NCBI GenBank assembly: GCA_951406725.2
Contig: OX597838.1
Span: forward strand, 32,426,001 to 32,490,000
Direction: 5' to 3'
Origin: Octopus vulgaris
Lineage: Eukaryota
Length of the DNA: 64,000 bases
The notes beneath the pieces were generated by a model. The model ran no database searches and was not told the origin of the DNA. It saw only the letters and a list, made by a program, of their open reading frames with translations. Position numbers and translations under genes: made by a program. Positions 38,471 to 50,810 of this stretch are shown one piece after another; position 1 is the first letter of the stretch, and each line of letters begins with the position of its first letter.

Positions 38471-38774
38471 ACTGTGCACATATTTGTTGTTGTTATCATT
38501 TTAGGTGGAAAACTAGCAGAATCGTTAACATGCCAGACAAAATGCTTAGTGGCATTTTGTCCTTCTCTGTGTTCCGAGTTCAAATCTCACTGAAGTCAAC
38601 TTTGCTTTTCATTCCTTCAAGGTCAATAAAATAAGTACCAGCAGAGTACTGGGGTTAATGTATTCAATTTATCCCCTCCCCTGAAATTGCTGGCCTTGTG
38701 CCAAAATTGAAAATCAGTATTACTATTGTTGTTGTTGTTGTTGTTGTTGTTGTTATTATTATTATTATTGTTGG

Positions 38775-38945
38775 GTTTTTCTTCTTTCAAATTTGCTTCC
38801 ATTTCTTGCCGAGTGTCTTCCCGACTCCTAGGGCAAAGAAACTCTTAGTATACATTGGTAGGCCATTAAACTAAACTCACTAGTTCGTTCATTTTTTTTT
38901 TTTTTTTGATAGAAATAAATTTAAATTAAAATACATGGGTAGTAA
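38775..38945 (-). mobile_element. Retroelement 3'UTR fragment abutting (TAA)/(CAA)n; second copy at 40410-40570
   Basis: Two near-identical ~170-bp blocks, each next to att/gtt runs. Confidence 0.6.
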
Positions 38946-39009
38946 TAGTTCTCACATCGACAATATTCTTCTCAATACGTGTGATGTACCAGTTAAGACA
39001 ATCTTTTGC

Positions 39010-39011
<2 letters not shown>

Positions 39012-39053
<42 letters not shown>

Positions 39054-39786
39054 TATGTTTGACTTTTGCTTTGCATTTGTACAAGCTGGCTCCAAGTCTC
39101 ACCCAGAGACCTCAAGAGACAACAGGTTGGAAGTTTGTTGGTGTTATGCCTATGGTGCCATATATTTGGTTTTGTACATAGTGTTGTTCTAGAGACTGTT
39201 TAAGAAACCATAAGAAAATTATGAGTTTGTTTTAAAATTTGAGATTACACAGACAGTATTTTACATAGAATATGGGCAGTTCCCATGAGCACTGTCTTTT
39301 GAATTTCTGTCATTTTGGGGTTTCCTGGTATCTGAGCTAGGTAGCAATCAGCCCCTTTGCTATCATTCCCAGGGTACCTATGACAACAGGTATAGGTTTA
39401 ATCTTCAGGTTCCACATTTTGCTAATTTCTATTTCCAGATCTTTATACTTGCTCAGTTTTTGGTAGGTCTTGACAGATACATTTATATCGATTGGGACAG
39501 TCATATCAATGAGGAGGCATGATTTTTGTCTGAAGTCTTTCAGTATAATGTCTGGCCTATTTACATCTGTCATTCTGTCAGTTTGAACGATGAAGTTCCA
39601 GAGGAGTGAGATGTGATCATTTTCAAGCATTGGAGGTGGTTTGTGTTCCCACCAATTTCTATCAAGGGGCAAGTTCAGGAGTTTTGCAAATTACCCAGTG
39701 AATATATTATGCAGCTCTATCATGCTTGTTGAGATACTCTGTAGGCGCAAGAAGACTGCACTTGGAGACAACATGATCAATGGTTT
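39012..39786 (-). mobile_element. 5'-truncated R4/Dong-clade non-LTR retrotransposon (zinc-knuckle remnant, RLE domain, 3'UTR)
   Basis: ETIDHVVSKCSLLAPTEYLNKHD; WWEHKPPPMLEND..LLWNF..QTD..NRPDIILKD..LIDMTVPID.N..K..KLSKYKDLEIEISKMW..IPVVIGTLG; EIQKTVLMGTAHILCKIL*. (TAA)n at the 5' junction and (GAA)n tail. Confidence 0.9.
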
Positions 39787-39830
39787 CATTATTATCATTA
39801 TTATTATTATTGTATTATTATTATTATTAT

Positions 39831-40385
39831 TGAGTGAGAGAGCAGTGCATGCCATAAAAGTGACACTGGGGTAAAATATACGAAGCCCAGTATGCCCATC
39901 ATGACTACCCGTCTGATAAGGGTACAGCAGGCACATGCATCACAACCATATGTGCACGACATGGTGATCTCATATCGAGATAAACAGCACTTGACCTTGC
40001 AGATGGGACCCAGTTAGAATTTTCTTCTGGTCGAGTAGTCCATCTCACTCAAGGGTTCCTGAATAAGGATTGTTTAAGGATGTTGAACGAACCACCCATG
40101 TTTCCAAAGGTGAATTACCCAAACCTCCAAGAATTCCTTTCAACACATGGCTATGATGCTCTACCACTACTTCTGCTCATGATCAGAAATGCACATATCG
40201 TGAACCATTAAGGGAAATGGTCAACTGGTTATGGTCAAACAACTGACAAGCAAATCTGTGGTATTGAGCAGAATATTTGCTGTAGCCCATCTTTTATACC
40301 AAGACAAAACAATGTACATGATAACAATTCCAATCAGTTAAGATCAGAAGCCATGAGAGCCACTGCCTGGTACTGCATCAGGGAA
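39831..40385 (-). mobile_element. ~555-bp non-coding element embedded in (TAA)n
   Basis: (att)n on both sides; repeated at 11961-12225 and 11245-11445; no tRNA head or TIRs seen. Confidence 0.7.
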
Positions 40386-40635
40386 TTTATTATTATTATT
40401 ATTTTTTTTTTTCTTCTTCTTTCAAATTTGCTTCCATTTCTTGCCAAGTGTCTTCCCGACTTCTAGGGCAAAGAAACTCATAGTATACATTGGTAGGCCA
40501 TTAAACTAAACTCACTAGTTCGTTCATTTTTTTTTTTTTGAAGTTAAATTAAAATTCATGGGTAGAAATAGTTTATTATTATTATCATTATTAGTAATAG
40601 TTTATTATTATTATTATTATTATTATTAGTAATAG

Positions 40636-40682
<47 letters not shown>

Positions 40683-40749
40683 ATACCTGTGTTTCTTTGA
40701 CTTCTCTGAAAAGCCTAACATGTTTGTTTTTGTATTGTATTATTGACAG

Positions 40750-40816
40750 CTGTGTCTGGAGCCTAGCGGAAGTTTACATGTTAATGTGGAATTGCTGAAT
40801 GGATCATTCTCAGACG
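40750..40816 (+). CDS. PRKCE: Internal coding exon of a novel protein kinase C (epsilon/eta type), end of C2 domain
   Basis: T-rich acceptor (tgtttgtttttgtattgtattattgacAG), consensus donor G|GTAAGT, 67 nt, phase 0 to phase 1, peptide LCLEPSGSLHVNVELLNGSFSD. This resembles, from recall, vertebrate PKC-epsilon exon 2 [21 protein letters not shown] with the same phases. Not in the ORF track. Confidence 0.72.
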
Positions 40817-41075
40817 GTAAGTACCTCTTGTTTGTTGCGCTTGTCATTTTGTCTCGACCATTATCCTGTCCCTCTAACACTATTGTTTAGTCCGCCATTC
40901 TTTGAGGCGGTGCGGGAACTGGGGATCACCATCAAAGAGTTTGGATTTTGTGTGTGTGTGTGTAAGGGTGGGTTGGTGCAGTGTTTCTTCGCATGAAGAA
41001 ACAATCATGGGTTTCGAATAAGGTTAGCAGATGCATTCATTCATTCATTCATTCTTTGCTTAGTTTATTTGGCCA

Positions 41076-41560
41076 ATCATCATCATCATCATCATCATCA
41101 CCATCATCATCATAACTATCATCATCATCGTTATCATAACCATCAGCATCATAACCATCAGCATCATCGTCATCATAACCATCATCATCATCATCATCAT
41201 CATCATCATAACCATCATCATCATAACCATCATCATCATAACTATCATCATCATAACTATCATCATCATAACTATCATCATCATAACCATCAGCATCATA
41301 GCCATCAGCACCATCATCTTCATAACCATCATCATCATCATAACCATCATCATCATAACTATCATCATCATAACCATCAGCATCATAATCATCATCATCA
41401 TTGTGATCTTCATCATTATCATCATCTCCATCACCATCACTGTCGTTGTCATCATCATCATCATTATTGTCATTACTGCCATCATCGTCCTCCTCACTCA
41501 TCGTCCTTATCATCATCATCCTCCTCGTCATCCTCCGCCTCCTCCTCCTCATTCTCATCA
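41076..41560. repeat. (CAT)n / cataac compound microsatellite
   Basis: Read directly; explains the poly-H/D/M ORFs. Confidence 0.95.
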
Positions 41561-41890
41561 TCACACACACACATATACACGCTAAATTAGTTGGCATTAG
41601 GAAGGGCGTCCAGCTGTAGAAACCATGCTAAAGCTGGCACTGGAGCATGATGCAGCTCTGTGCCTCATTGGATCCTCTTGAATGGTCCAGCCACTCACAG
41701 CATGCAAAATGTATGTTAATGTATGTTAATGATGATGATGAGAATGATATGCAAACCACATAGTTCTGGTTCAGTCCCACTGCACGGCACCTTTGGCAAG
41801 TGTCTTCTACTATAGCCTTGGGCCGACCAAAGGCTTGTGATTATTGGATTTAGAAGACGGAAACTGAAAGAAGCCCATCGTGTGTATATA

Positions 41891-41921
<31 letters not shown>

Positions 41922-42872
41922 TTGTCCCCTCACCGTCAGTTGATAACCAATATTGGTGTGTTTACATCTCTGTAACTTAGCAGTTCAGCAAAAGATACCG
42001 ATAGAATGAGTACCAGGCTTACAAAGAATAAGTCCTGGGGGTCAATTTGTTCAACTAAAAGCAGTGCTCCAGCATGGCTTTAGTGAAATGACTGACACAA
42101 GTAAAAAGATAAAAGATCATGCATACACACACACACACACACATGTACACACACATATTGTGCTATTGTTGTTGTTTAACTTCAAGTTTCTTTATTGAGA
42201 AGGTGATAACCTATCATCAAAGTTTAACCACCTATGACCATCACATCTATTTTGCAGGTTATATAGCAGCGCTATGTTATCTATTTTTAAATCTGGTTGA
42301 GCGTGATTTGCAAGAAATTTGGTTTCTATTTCCAGCTGGTTGAGCAACCACATAGAGGCTCTCTCATTGGCTTGCTAACAGGATGTTGGGTTGTGGAGAT
42401 GTAGATGATAAATGATGAATATAGGCCAGTGAGAATGAACAGGGAGAAGGGGTAGTTCTGAGTGGGGTGTGGTTGCTTTTGTTAATTTAGTGCAATGCAG
42501 AACCGGACCAATTATGACAGAGTTGGGACTGGAAGTGTCCCGGATTTCTGGATTTTCTGGTTTTCTGGAGACAGTTCTAAATATGTGCTTAAAATAAACT
42601 ATGGAAAGAAAAGAGCTAAATTGTGATTTAACAGATTCGAATTAGTACAATGTCTAAAGCAGGGTCTGTTTGATATTTATCAATCCACTTAAAATGCTTG
42701 AAATACATCATAGGTGCAGGAGGATGGCTGTGCGGTAAGAAGTTTGCTTCTCTACCACATGGTTCCGGATTCCGTCCTACTGCATGACACTTTGGGCAAG
42801 TGTCTTCTGCTATAGCCTCAGGTCGACCAAAGCCTTGTAAGTGGATTTGGTAGAAGGAAACTGAAAGAAGCC

Positions 42873-42904
<32 letters not shown>

Positions 42905-43154
42905 ACAAAATAATATGAATTTGTGGTAAAACATTTTACCTTTGCCCATATAACTCAGTAAATGAATTGATTGCATCGCATCATCATCATCATCGTTTAA
43001 TGTCCGTTCTCCATGCTAGCATGGGTTGGACGGTTCGATCGGGGATCTGGGAATCCTTAACATTTATGTATTAACCTTGTAGGGTACTTCACTAGCAGTA
43101 TATTGGATATATGTTATCCCATGGAGGGTTGCATTTACAACCCCTATCTCAATT

Positions 43155-43189
<35 letters not shown>

Positions 43190-43320
43190 ATTATTATTTG
43201 AGGGAACTAACTTACATTGAAAAATTCAATTTAGAAATACTAAACCAAATTTCACAAAATATAACATATATATATAAAAATAAGAAAAAAAAACCACCTT
43301 TTATGAACAATTAAATTACA

Positions 43321-43643
43321 GAGATGTACTTGCATAGCAAGTGATTTGATCTGAGATTGTGTGCTGAAACGAAAACAATTGCAGCATGGAAGATGTTTGT
43401 AAGCCATTTAAGAAACACACAAAAGCTGTTCGATTCACTTCAACATTTAAGTTTAATTTGTCAAAATATTTTCGTCACTTTAAGACCGCGACCTGTTCAC
43501 TGACAAAAATCCGTGATGCATCTGACAGTGAACAGGTCGCGGTCTTAAAGCGCCGAAAATATTTTGACAAATTAAACTTAAGTGAATCGAACGGCTTTTG
43601 TGTGTTTCTTAAATGGCTTACAAACACCTTCCACGCTGCAATT
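43321..43643. mobile_element. Foldback insertion with ~125-bp inverted arms, flanked by a 13-bp direct repeat
   Basis: Arms 43377-43502 and 43526-43643; caattaaattaca at 43308-43320 and 43639-43651. Confidence 0.8.
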
Positions 43644-43899
43644 AAATTACACCATCTAGAAAATTACATATAATAGAAATATTAAAATTAAAATAACAAT
43701 AATATACCGATGATTAAGTAAATTGCAAAATAATAATAAAAACGTATATATTTGGTAGAATAACCAAATATATATATATATAGATAGATAGATAGATATA
43801 GATATATGTATATAATTAAGAGAAATAACTGCTATTAAGTAATTCAATAGTGAAAGACTTTATCTATATCATATAGAAAAATTTAAATATACTATAATA

Positions 43900-44100
43900 A
43901 ATATTATTCAAAAAGTCACTAAATTAAATAAACATTAAATTGACTACGCGTGTTTCGTGACTATATCTTTAAAGTCTTTCACTTAAGAATTACTTAATAG
44001 AGGTTATTTCTCTTAATATATTATATATTGTGAAATTTGATTTGGAATTGCTAAATTGAATTTTTCCCTGTAAGTTTGGAATTATATTCCCTACTATTAT
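43900..44100 (-). mobile_element. AT-rich Penelope-like end
   Basis: gacttTAAAGAtatagtcacGAAAcacgcgtagtc on minus (43942-43976); related blocks at 24480-24720 and 43185-43320. Confidence 0.45.
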
Positions 44101-44441
44101 TATATATGCGTGTGTGTGTCTGTGTTTGTCTCCCACTACCGCTTGATAACTGGTGTTGGTGTGTTTACCTCCTCTGTAACGTAGCAGTTCAGCAAAAGAG
44201 ACCAATAGAATAAATACAAGGCTACAAAAAATATGTCCTGGGGTTGATTTGTTCAGCTAAAAGCCTTCAAGGTGGTGCCCCAGCATGGTCGCAGTCAAAT
44301 CACTGAAACAAGTAAAAGATAAAAAATACTGAATGTACCACATATAATGTTTTTAATGAAATGAAACGAAAGAAAGTGAAGAATACGGTTTTATTTAGCA
44401 GATACAGGTACAAATTTATACAATTCTAAAGCAAATTATGT

Positions 44442-45358
44442 TTAACCCTGTAACATTTAACCCTTTCATTACTGTATTTCTGTTGAGATGCTCTGTGTTT
44501 CTTTCAATTATTTTAAATATAACAAAGAATTTAGTAAAATGACTTAGTTATTATTGTGACTAAGATTTGGTGGAAGATTTTAATTCAAAACTTTTGAAAA
44601 TAAAACATTTGTACTCAGAGCCAGAGCTGGTTTCAGCCAGGTTGGTATTGAAAGGGTTAAGAATTGCTTCTCTATTATATATTTTAACCCTTTTCGTGCC
44701 ATATTTCTGTTGAGATGCTCTGTGTTTCTTTCAATTACTTTAAATATAACAAAGAATTTAGTAAAATAACTGAGTTATCATTAAGCTAGTGTTAGCAACA
44801 TAAATTGTGACTAGGGTTTGGTGGAAGATTTTAATTCAAAACTCATGAAATCAAGACATTTGTACTCAGAGCCAGAGCTGGTTTCAGCATGGTTGGTCAC
44901 GAAAGGGTTAAATTAATCATTTGTTAACCCCTTTGTTACCATATTTCTGTTGAGATGCTCTCTGTTTCCTTCAATTACTTTAAACATAACAAAGAATTTA
45001 GTAAAATAACTTAGTTATCATTCAGCTAGTGTTAGGAACATAAATTGTGACTAAGGTTTGGTGGAAGATTGTAATTCAAAATTTATGAAACAAGACATTT
45101 GTACTCAGAGCCAGAGCCGGTTTCAGCTGGGTTGGTATCAAAAGGGTTCAACTGATTAAATGTGGCCAAAATATTCTATGTGTTTTACGTTCAAACTAAC
45201 CTGATTCAACTTTAACTTTTCCAACGCATTGTCATTCTAAGAATAAAACTGTCACATCATCAAAATCTCAAAGCAATGAAATAATACATGATTAATACTG
45301 AACAATGTGAAGAAATAAGCGATACATTTGGGAGAGAAATACAAATGCTAAAAGGTTA
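44442..45358. mobile_element. MITE F carrying three MITE G copies (44457-44660, 44684-44911, 44924-45150)
   Basis: F terminus ttaaccctgtaacat-TTAA, then three TTAA-ccct...aggg-TTAA units, then the remainder of the F body. Confidence 0.85.
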
Positions 45359-45451
45359 TCTTTATCAGTTCGCTCAGAAAAGTGAAGACTAAAAAAATTA
45401 CTGATGAGGTCACAGAATGTGTGATGAAAGACTTTTGACAAAGACACTAAC

Positions 45452-45480
<29 letters not shown>

Positions 45481-45482
<2 letters not shown>

Positions 45483-45800
45483 GAGCACACAGAGAGTGCA
45501 AACCTCCACCAAAGCAACACTGTCCTCTCAATGATTAACCGGAGATGATTTTTAGAATATCTGAAATAAACTCGATCATTCTCAGAAATTAAGTGAAAGA
45601 ACCGGAAAGATAATCCAGAATCTTTGTCTAGTACCCGATTGATCCCCAGATCTAATCAGTCCATGCCAGTCATGAGGCCAAAGATCCTTAAAAGTTTCAT
45701 CCGAATCCATCTGGCGGTTCTTGAGATATCTTGTCCACGGACAAACAAACAAACACAACTGAAAACAATACCTCCACCTTTGCTAAGGTGGATGTAATAA
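45481..45800 (-). mobile_element. Helentron-associated non-autonomous element (HINE/DINE-like)
   Basis: Minus strand ttattacatccaccttagcaaaggtggagg start, (tgtt)n microsatellite, gatatctcaagaacc..atgaaacttt core, end tttggtggaggtttgcactctctgtgtgctctt (subterminal inverted repeat plus small 3' palindrome). Confidence 0.6.
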
Positions 45801-46198
45801 TTATGATAAAGCTGAAGTGAGGACCAAGTATATAGTGTGTATATGTGTGTGTTTAATTGGCAAAATATTCCCAAGTATAACAATATCTGTTTCAACATAT
45901 GCTTTCACACCAGGAACATTGCAAAACAAATACATAAATGTAATATTTTCAACATATCCTATGCAAATTAAAGGGTAAAGGGTAAAATCTCCTTCAGGAG
46001 TATTTCCATATGATGTGACTGACAGTTGTCCCTAGCATTAAATGTAATATCACTATTGTAAACATATCAAACACTATTATGATTGGTCTTTATCTTTGGT
46101 ACTTGTTAGAAAGCTTCGACAAAAGATGTAACTGCCATCATACCATTCCAGAAATATTAACACACAAAACTCAGAATAAATAGGTTACATCGCATTCT

Positions 46199-46270
<72 letters not shown>

Positions 46271-46319
46271 TACATACACACAAGAATGGAATGTAACCTA
46301 TTTAACTGGAGGGGTAAAC

Positions 46320-46479
46320 GTGGCTATGTGGTAAGTAGCTTGCTTACCAACCACATGGTCCTGGGTTCAGTCCCACTGCATGACACCTTGGGCAAGTGTC
46401 TTCTACTATAGACTTGGGCCAACCAAAGCCTTGTGAGTGGATTTGGGAGATGGAAACTGAATGAAGCCCATCATATATA

Positions 46480-46540
<61 letters not shown>

Positions 46541-48305
46541 TTGTCTCTCCTCCATTGCTTAACAACTGATGTTTGTGTGTTTATATCCCCGTAACTTAGC
46601 AGTTTGGCAAAAGACACTGAGAAAATAAGTACTAGGCTTACAAAGACCAAGTCCTGGGGTTGATTTGTTTGACTAAAGGTGGTGCTCCAGCATGGCCGCA
46701 GTCAAAATGGCTGAAACAAATAAAAGAATAAAAAGGATGTATATGTGTTTATATATATATATATATATATATATACACCTGGATGGGAGGCTGGTATGCA
46801 TGAGTGACTATGAGATTTCACCTAGAAAGTTACCCTCCAAGGCACAACCCTGGGCAAGGTTGTTTTTATGGAAGACCAGCAATCACTCATGCATACCAGC
46901 CTCCCATCTACGCCACCGATGTTATCCAAAGGAAAGGCTAAGGCACCAGTGATGTCGCAACTCATTTCTACAGATGAGTGAACTAAAGCAACATGAAATA
47001 AAGTGTCTTGCTCAAGAACACAACACAGCCCAGTCCAGGAATCAAACTCACTACCTCATGATTGCGAGCCCGATGCTCTAACCACTCAGCCATGCACTTT
47101 CACAAATTAACAAACTTCAAAAACAGGGACTGTTTACTCAATGCAGGGTCCAGTATATTGCCCTATATTGCACAGTATTCCTGGATGTCTGGAAATTAAG
47201 GGTTTCTGGAAGCCAGAAGAGATGTCTGGTTTTGTACCAGATGCTACACTTGGTTCTTCAAGACTCTTTGGTTCTGATGACCATTCCACTTTTGTCTTTA
47301 TCTTCTTTTACCTTTTAGTAGCTTGCTTACCAACCACATGGTCCTGGGTTCAGTCCCACTGCATGACACCTTGGGCAAGTGTCTTTGTGAGTGAATTTGG
47401 TAGATGGAAACTGAACAAAACCCATCATATGTGTGTGTGTGTGTGTGTGTGTGCGTGCGCACGCATGCATGCATGTGTGTGTGTCTTTGTTTTTGTTGCC
47501 CCCATTGGCAGCCGTACTGTCACCAGACTGGCCATGCTGGGGCAACACCTTGAGGAATTTTAGTCAAATAAATCAATCTCAGCACTCATCTTTTCTTTTA
47601 AACCTGGTGCTTATTCCATTAGTCTCTTTTGCTGAACCACTAAGTTATGGAGATGTAAACACACCAGCACCATTTGTGAAGCAGTAGTGATCATCATCAT
47701 CATCCTCATCATTTAATGTCCATTTTCCATGCTGGTATGGGTTGGATGGTTTGACTGAAGACTGGCAAGCCACTAGGCTGCACCAGGCTCCAGTCTGATC
47801 TGGCAAAGTTTCTACAGTTGGATGCCTTTCCTAATGCCAACACTCTGAGAGTGTAGTGGGTGCTTTTTACGTGCCACCGGCATGGGAGCCAGTCAGGTGG
47901 CACTGGCATTGACCATGTGTGGATGGTGCTTTTTATGTGCCACTGGCACAGGAGCCAGTCGGATGTGGGGACTAGCATCGACCACGTTTGGATGATGCTT
48001 TTTATGTTCAACCGGCACGGGGAGCCAGTCAGGCAGAACTGGCATTGACCCATGCATGAATGGTGCTTATTATGTGCCACCAACGCAGGTGCCAGTCAGG
48101 CAACAGTACGGGTGCCAGTGGGGGCAACAAAAACAAAGACACACACACACACATTCAGATACATGTGTGATTGTCTACTAGATCCACTCACAAAGCTTTG
48201 GTTGGCTCAAGGCTATAGTAAAAAGCACTTGCCCAAGGTGTCATGCAGTGGGGCTGGAACCATGTGGTTGGGAAGCAAACTTCTTACCAAACATCCACAC
48301 CTGCA
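46320..48305. mobile_element. SINE cluster: A (46320-46735 +), E (46780-47103 -), A pieces, C (47700-48110 -)
   Basis: Each matches a window consensus. Confidence 0.8.
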
Positions 48306-48558
48306 CCACTGTTTACCATTTCAATATCAAACACTTTGTGATTCAGTTTTTAGACCCTCATTTAAAAAAAAAATATTCATTTTCAAAATTAAAAGTCTGT
48401 CCTTCAAATTCTTCATTATTTTGAAAAATAGTCATTCTTTTTATATAGGCGGGGTCTAGGGCCTCTTTTAGTCATGCCTGTCTTTGGGTTTCTAGCCTTG
48501 GAAAGTTCAGCTGCAGGCCATGGCAAAGTTTTGTTTTTATGGTAAACTAGCAGCTGTA

Positions 48559-48793
48559 AAGGCGGCAAGCTGGCAGAACCGTTAGCACGCCGGGTGAAAT
48601 GCGTAGCCGTATTTCGTATGCCGTTACGTTCTGGGTTCAAATTCCGCCGAGGTCGACTTTGCCTTTCATCCTTTCAGAGTCGATAAATTAAGTGCCAGTT
48701 ACGCACTGGGGTCGATGTAATCGACTTAATACCTATGTCTGTTCTTGTTTGTCCCTTCTATGTTTAGCCCCTTGTGGGTAATAGAGAAATAGG
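48559..48793 (+). mobile_element. SINE family B copy with 17-bp TSD
   Basis: ggtaaactagcagctgt at 48541-48557 and 48792-48808. Confidence 0.9.
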
Positions 48794-49529
48794 TAAACTA
48801 GCAGCTGTCCAAATATCCAAATTTTCCCTCTCCACCCTATCAATACTCTCACAATCTCCCCCACTCCATTCTCCACCCTATCAGTGCTCTCCCAATCATC
48901 CTTCATCCCCTCTCTACCCTTAGTGCTCTCCCAATCACCCCTCTTTCCTTCTCCCCACCATCATTGCTCTCCTGGTCACCCTTCCTCTCCTTGCCAAACC
49001 ATCAATTTTGCCCCAGTCACCCACCAGAATACAATGAAATGCAACAATTCCTGCAACCCACCCTTTCCAACACTAATAATAGTAATCCAATGTTTTGAAT
49101 TGCTTCTTTGTTAATCAACCCCAGAAGGATGAAAGGAAAAATCTACTTTGGCCTGGTTTGAACTCAGAATACCAAGTTTTGGAACAAACACTGTTAACCA
49201 TTCTATGTTGTTCTCTTGAAACTATTTATTAATTTACCATCCCTGTTCTTCCATTCATATGTTCCTAACACTAGCTTAATGATAACTAAGTTATTTTACT
49301 AAATTCTTTGTTATATTTAAAGTAATTGAAAGAAACAGAGAGCATCTCAAAATAAATACGGCAACGAAAGGGTTAAACACTGTCTTTTTCCAATTAATTT
49401 TGCAAATAAAGAATTTAGTAAAATAACTTTGTCATGCTGTCAGGCACTTTGCTGAAGTCCATGAAGGTTATAATGGCAGGTGGCTGTCTTAAATCCTTTT
49501 ATGGTCTAAATTCATTTTGATTTGGTCTC

Positions 49530-49900
49530 AGATGGCTAAATGGATGCTACACAAGGATGCTACGAATGGTCCTAAATGTGAAATGGCAGCAACATATGAC
49601 AAATAGATGCCTTTATGGAGACCAGCTGAAAGTTAGTGAGAAGATTGAGCAAAGACGGCTGTGACTATCTGGTCACTGCGTGTGCCACCCTGAACCGAAA
49701 GCATTCAAATTAGTTTTGTAGAACCCACTTCATAGTAATGTAGGAAGAGGAAAACATTGTCACACATCGACAAGTTGATTGCAGACACTAGCCTGGAACA
49801 TATCCAGTACCTTGAGGCAGTGATGATGGACCAAGAAGTGTGGCGGGTAGACTTGGTTGCTACAGCCCAGGTTGGAACCAAGCCATAATAATGATAATAA
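49530..49900 (+). mobile_element. Degenerate RTE-clade LINE 3' end
   Basis: LNGCYTRMLRMVLNVKWQQHMTN..KIEQRRL*LSGHCVCHPE..AVMMDQEVWR, then ata tail. Confidence 0.75.
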
Positions 49901-49924
49901 TAAAACTTCATCTTTATAAATTTG

Positions 49925-50810
49925 GTATAGGAGTGGCTGTGTGGTAAGTAGCTTGCTTACCAACCACATGGTTCCAGGTTCAGCCCCACTGCATGACGCC
50001 TTGGGCAAGTGCTTTTTACTATAGCCTTGAGCCAACCAAAGCCTTGTGAGTGTATTTGGTAGACGGAAACTGAAAGAAGCCTGTCATATATATGTATATA
50101 TATATGTGTGTGTCCCTCCAACATCGCTTGACAACCGATGCTGGTGTGTTTACGTCCCCGTAACTTAGCGGTTCGGCAAAAGAGAACCAATAGAATAAGT
50201 ACTAGGCTTACAAAGAATAAGTCCAGGGGTTGATTTGCTCAACTAAAGGCGGTGCTCCAGCATGGCCGCAGTCAAATGACTGAAACAAGTAAAAGACAGA
50301 GTAAAGAGGCTTTGGTTGGCCTGAGGCTATAGTAGAAGCCCACTATGTCACACAATGAAATTTTGATGGAAGGTTTTAATTTAGCTAATTTTAAAGCAGA
50401 AAATTCGTCTCAGGTGAGATGGATATTTCTGTTAAAATATAACTACTTTACTCTTTTACTTGTTTCAGTCATTTAACTGCGGCCATGCTAAAGCACTGCC
50501 TTTAATCGAGCAACTCGACCCCGGGACTTATTCTTTTGTAAGCCCAGTACTTATTCTATCAGTCTCTTTTGCCGAACCGCTAAGTAGCGGGGACATAAAC
50601 ACACCAGCATCAGTCGTCAAGCAATGCTAGGGGGACAAACACAGACACACTAACATATATACACACACATACATATATATATATATACATATATACGATG
50701 AGCTTCTTTCAGTTTCTATCTACCAAATCCACTCACAAGGCTTTGGTCGGCCCGAGGCTGTAGTAGAAGACACTTGCCCAAGGTGCCACGCAATGGGACG
50801 GAACCCGGAA
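49925..50810. mobile_element. Tail-to-tail inverted pair of SINE family A copies
   Basis: Plus copy 49925-50300 and minus copy 50450-50810. Confidence 0.85.

Noticed and set aside
41049-41597. Asp-rich / His-rich / Met-rich ORFs (also 55197-55980)
   Set aside because: Translations of (CAT)n microsatellites, which are common retroelement tails and simple repeats here.
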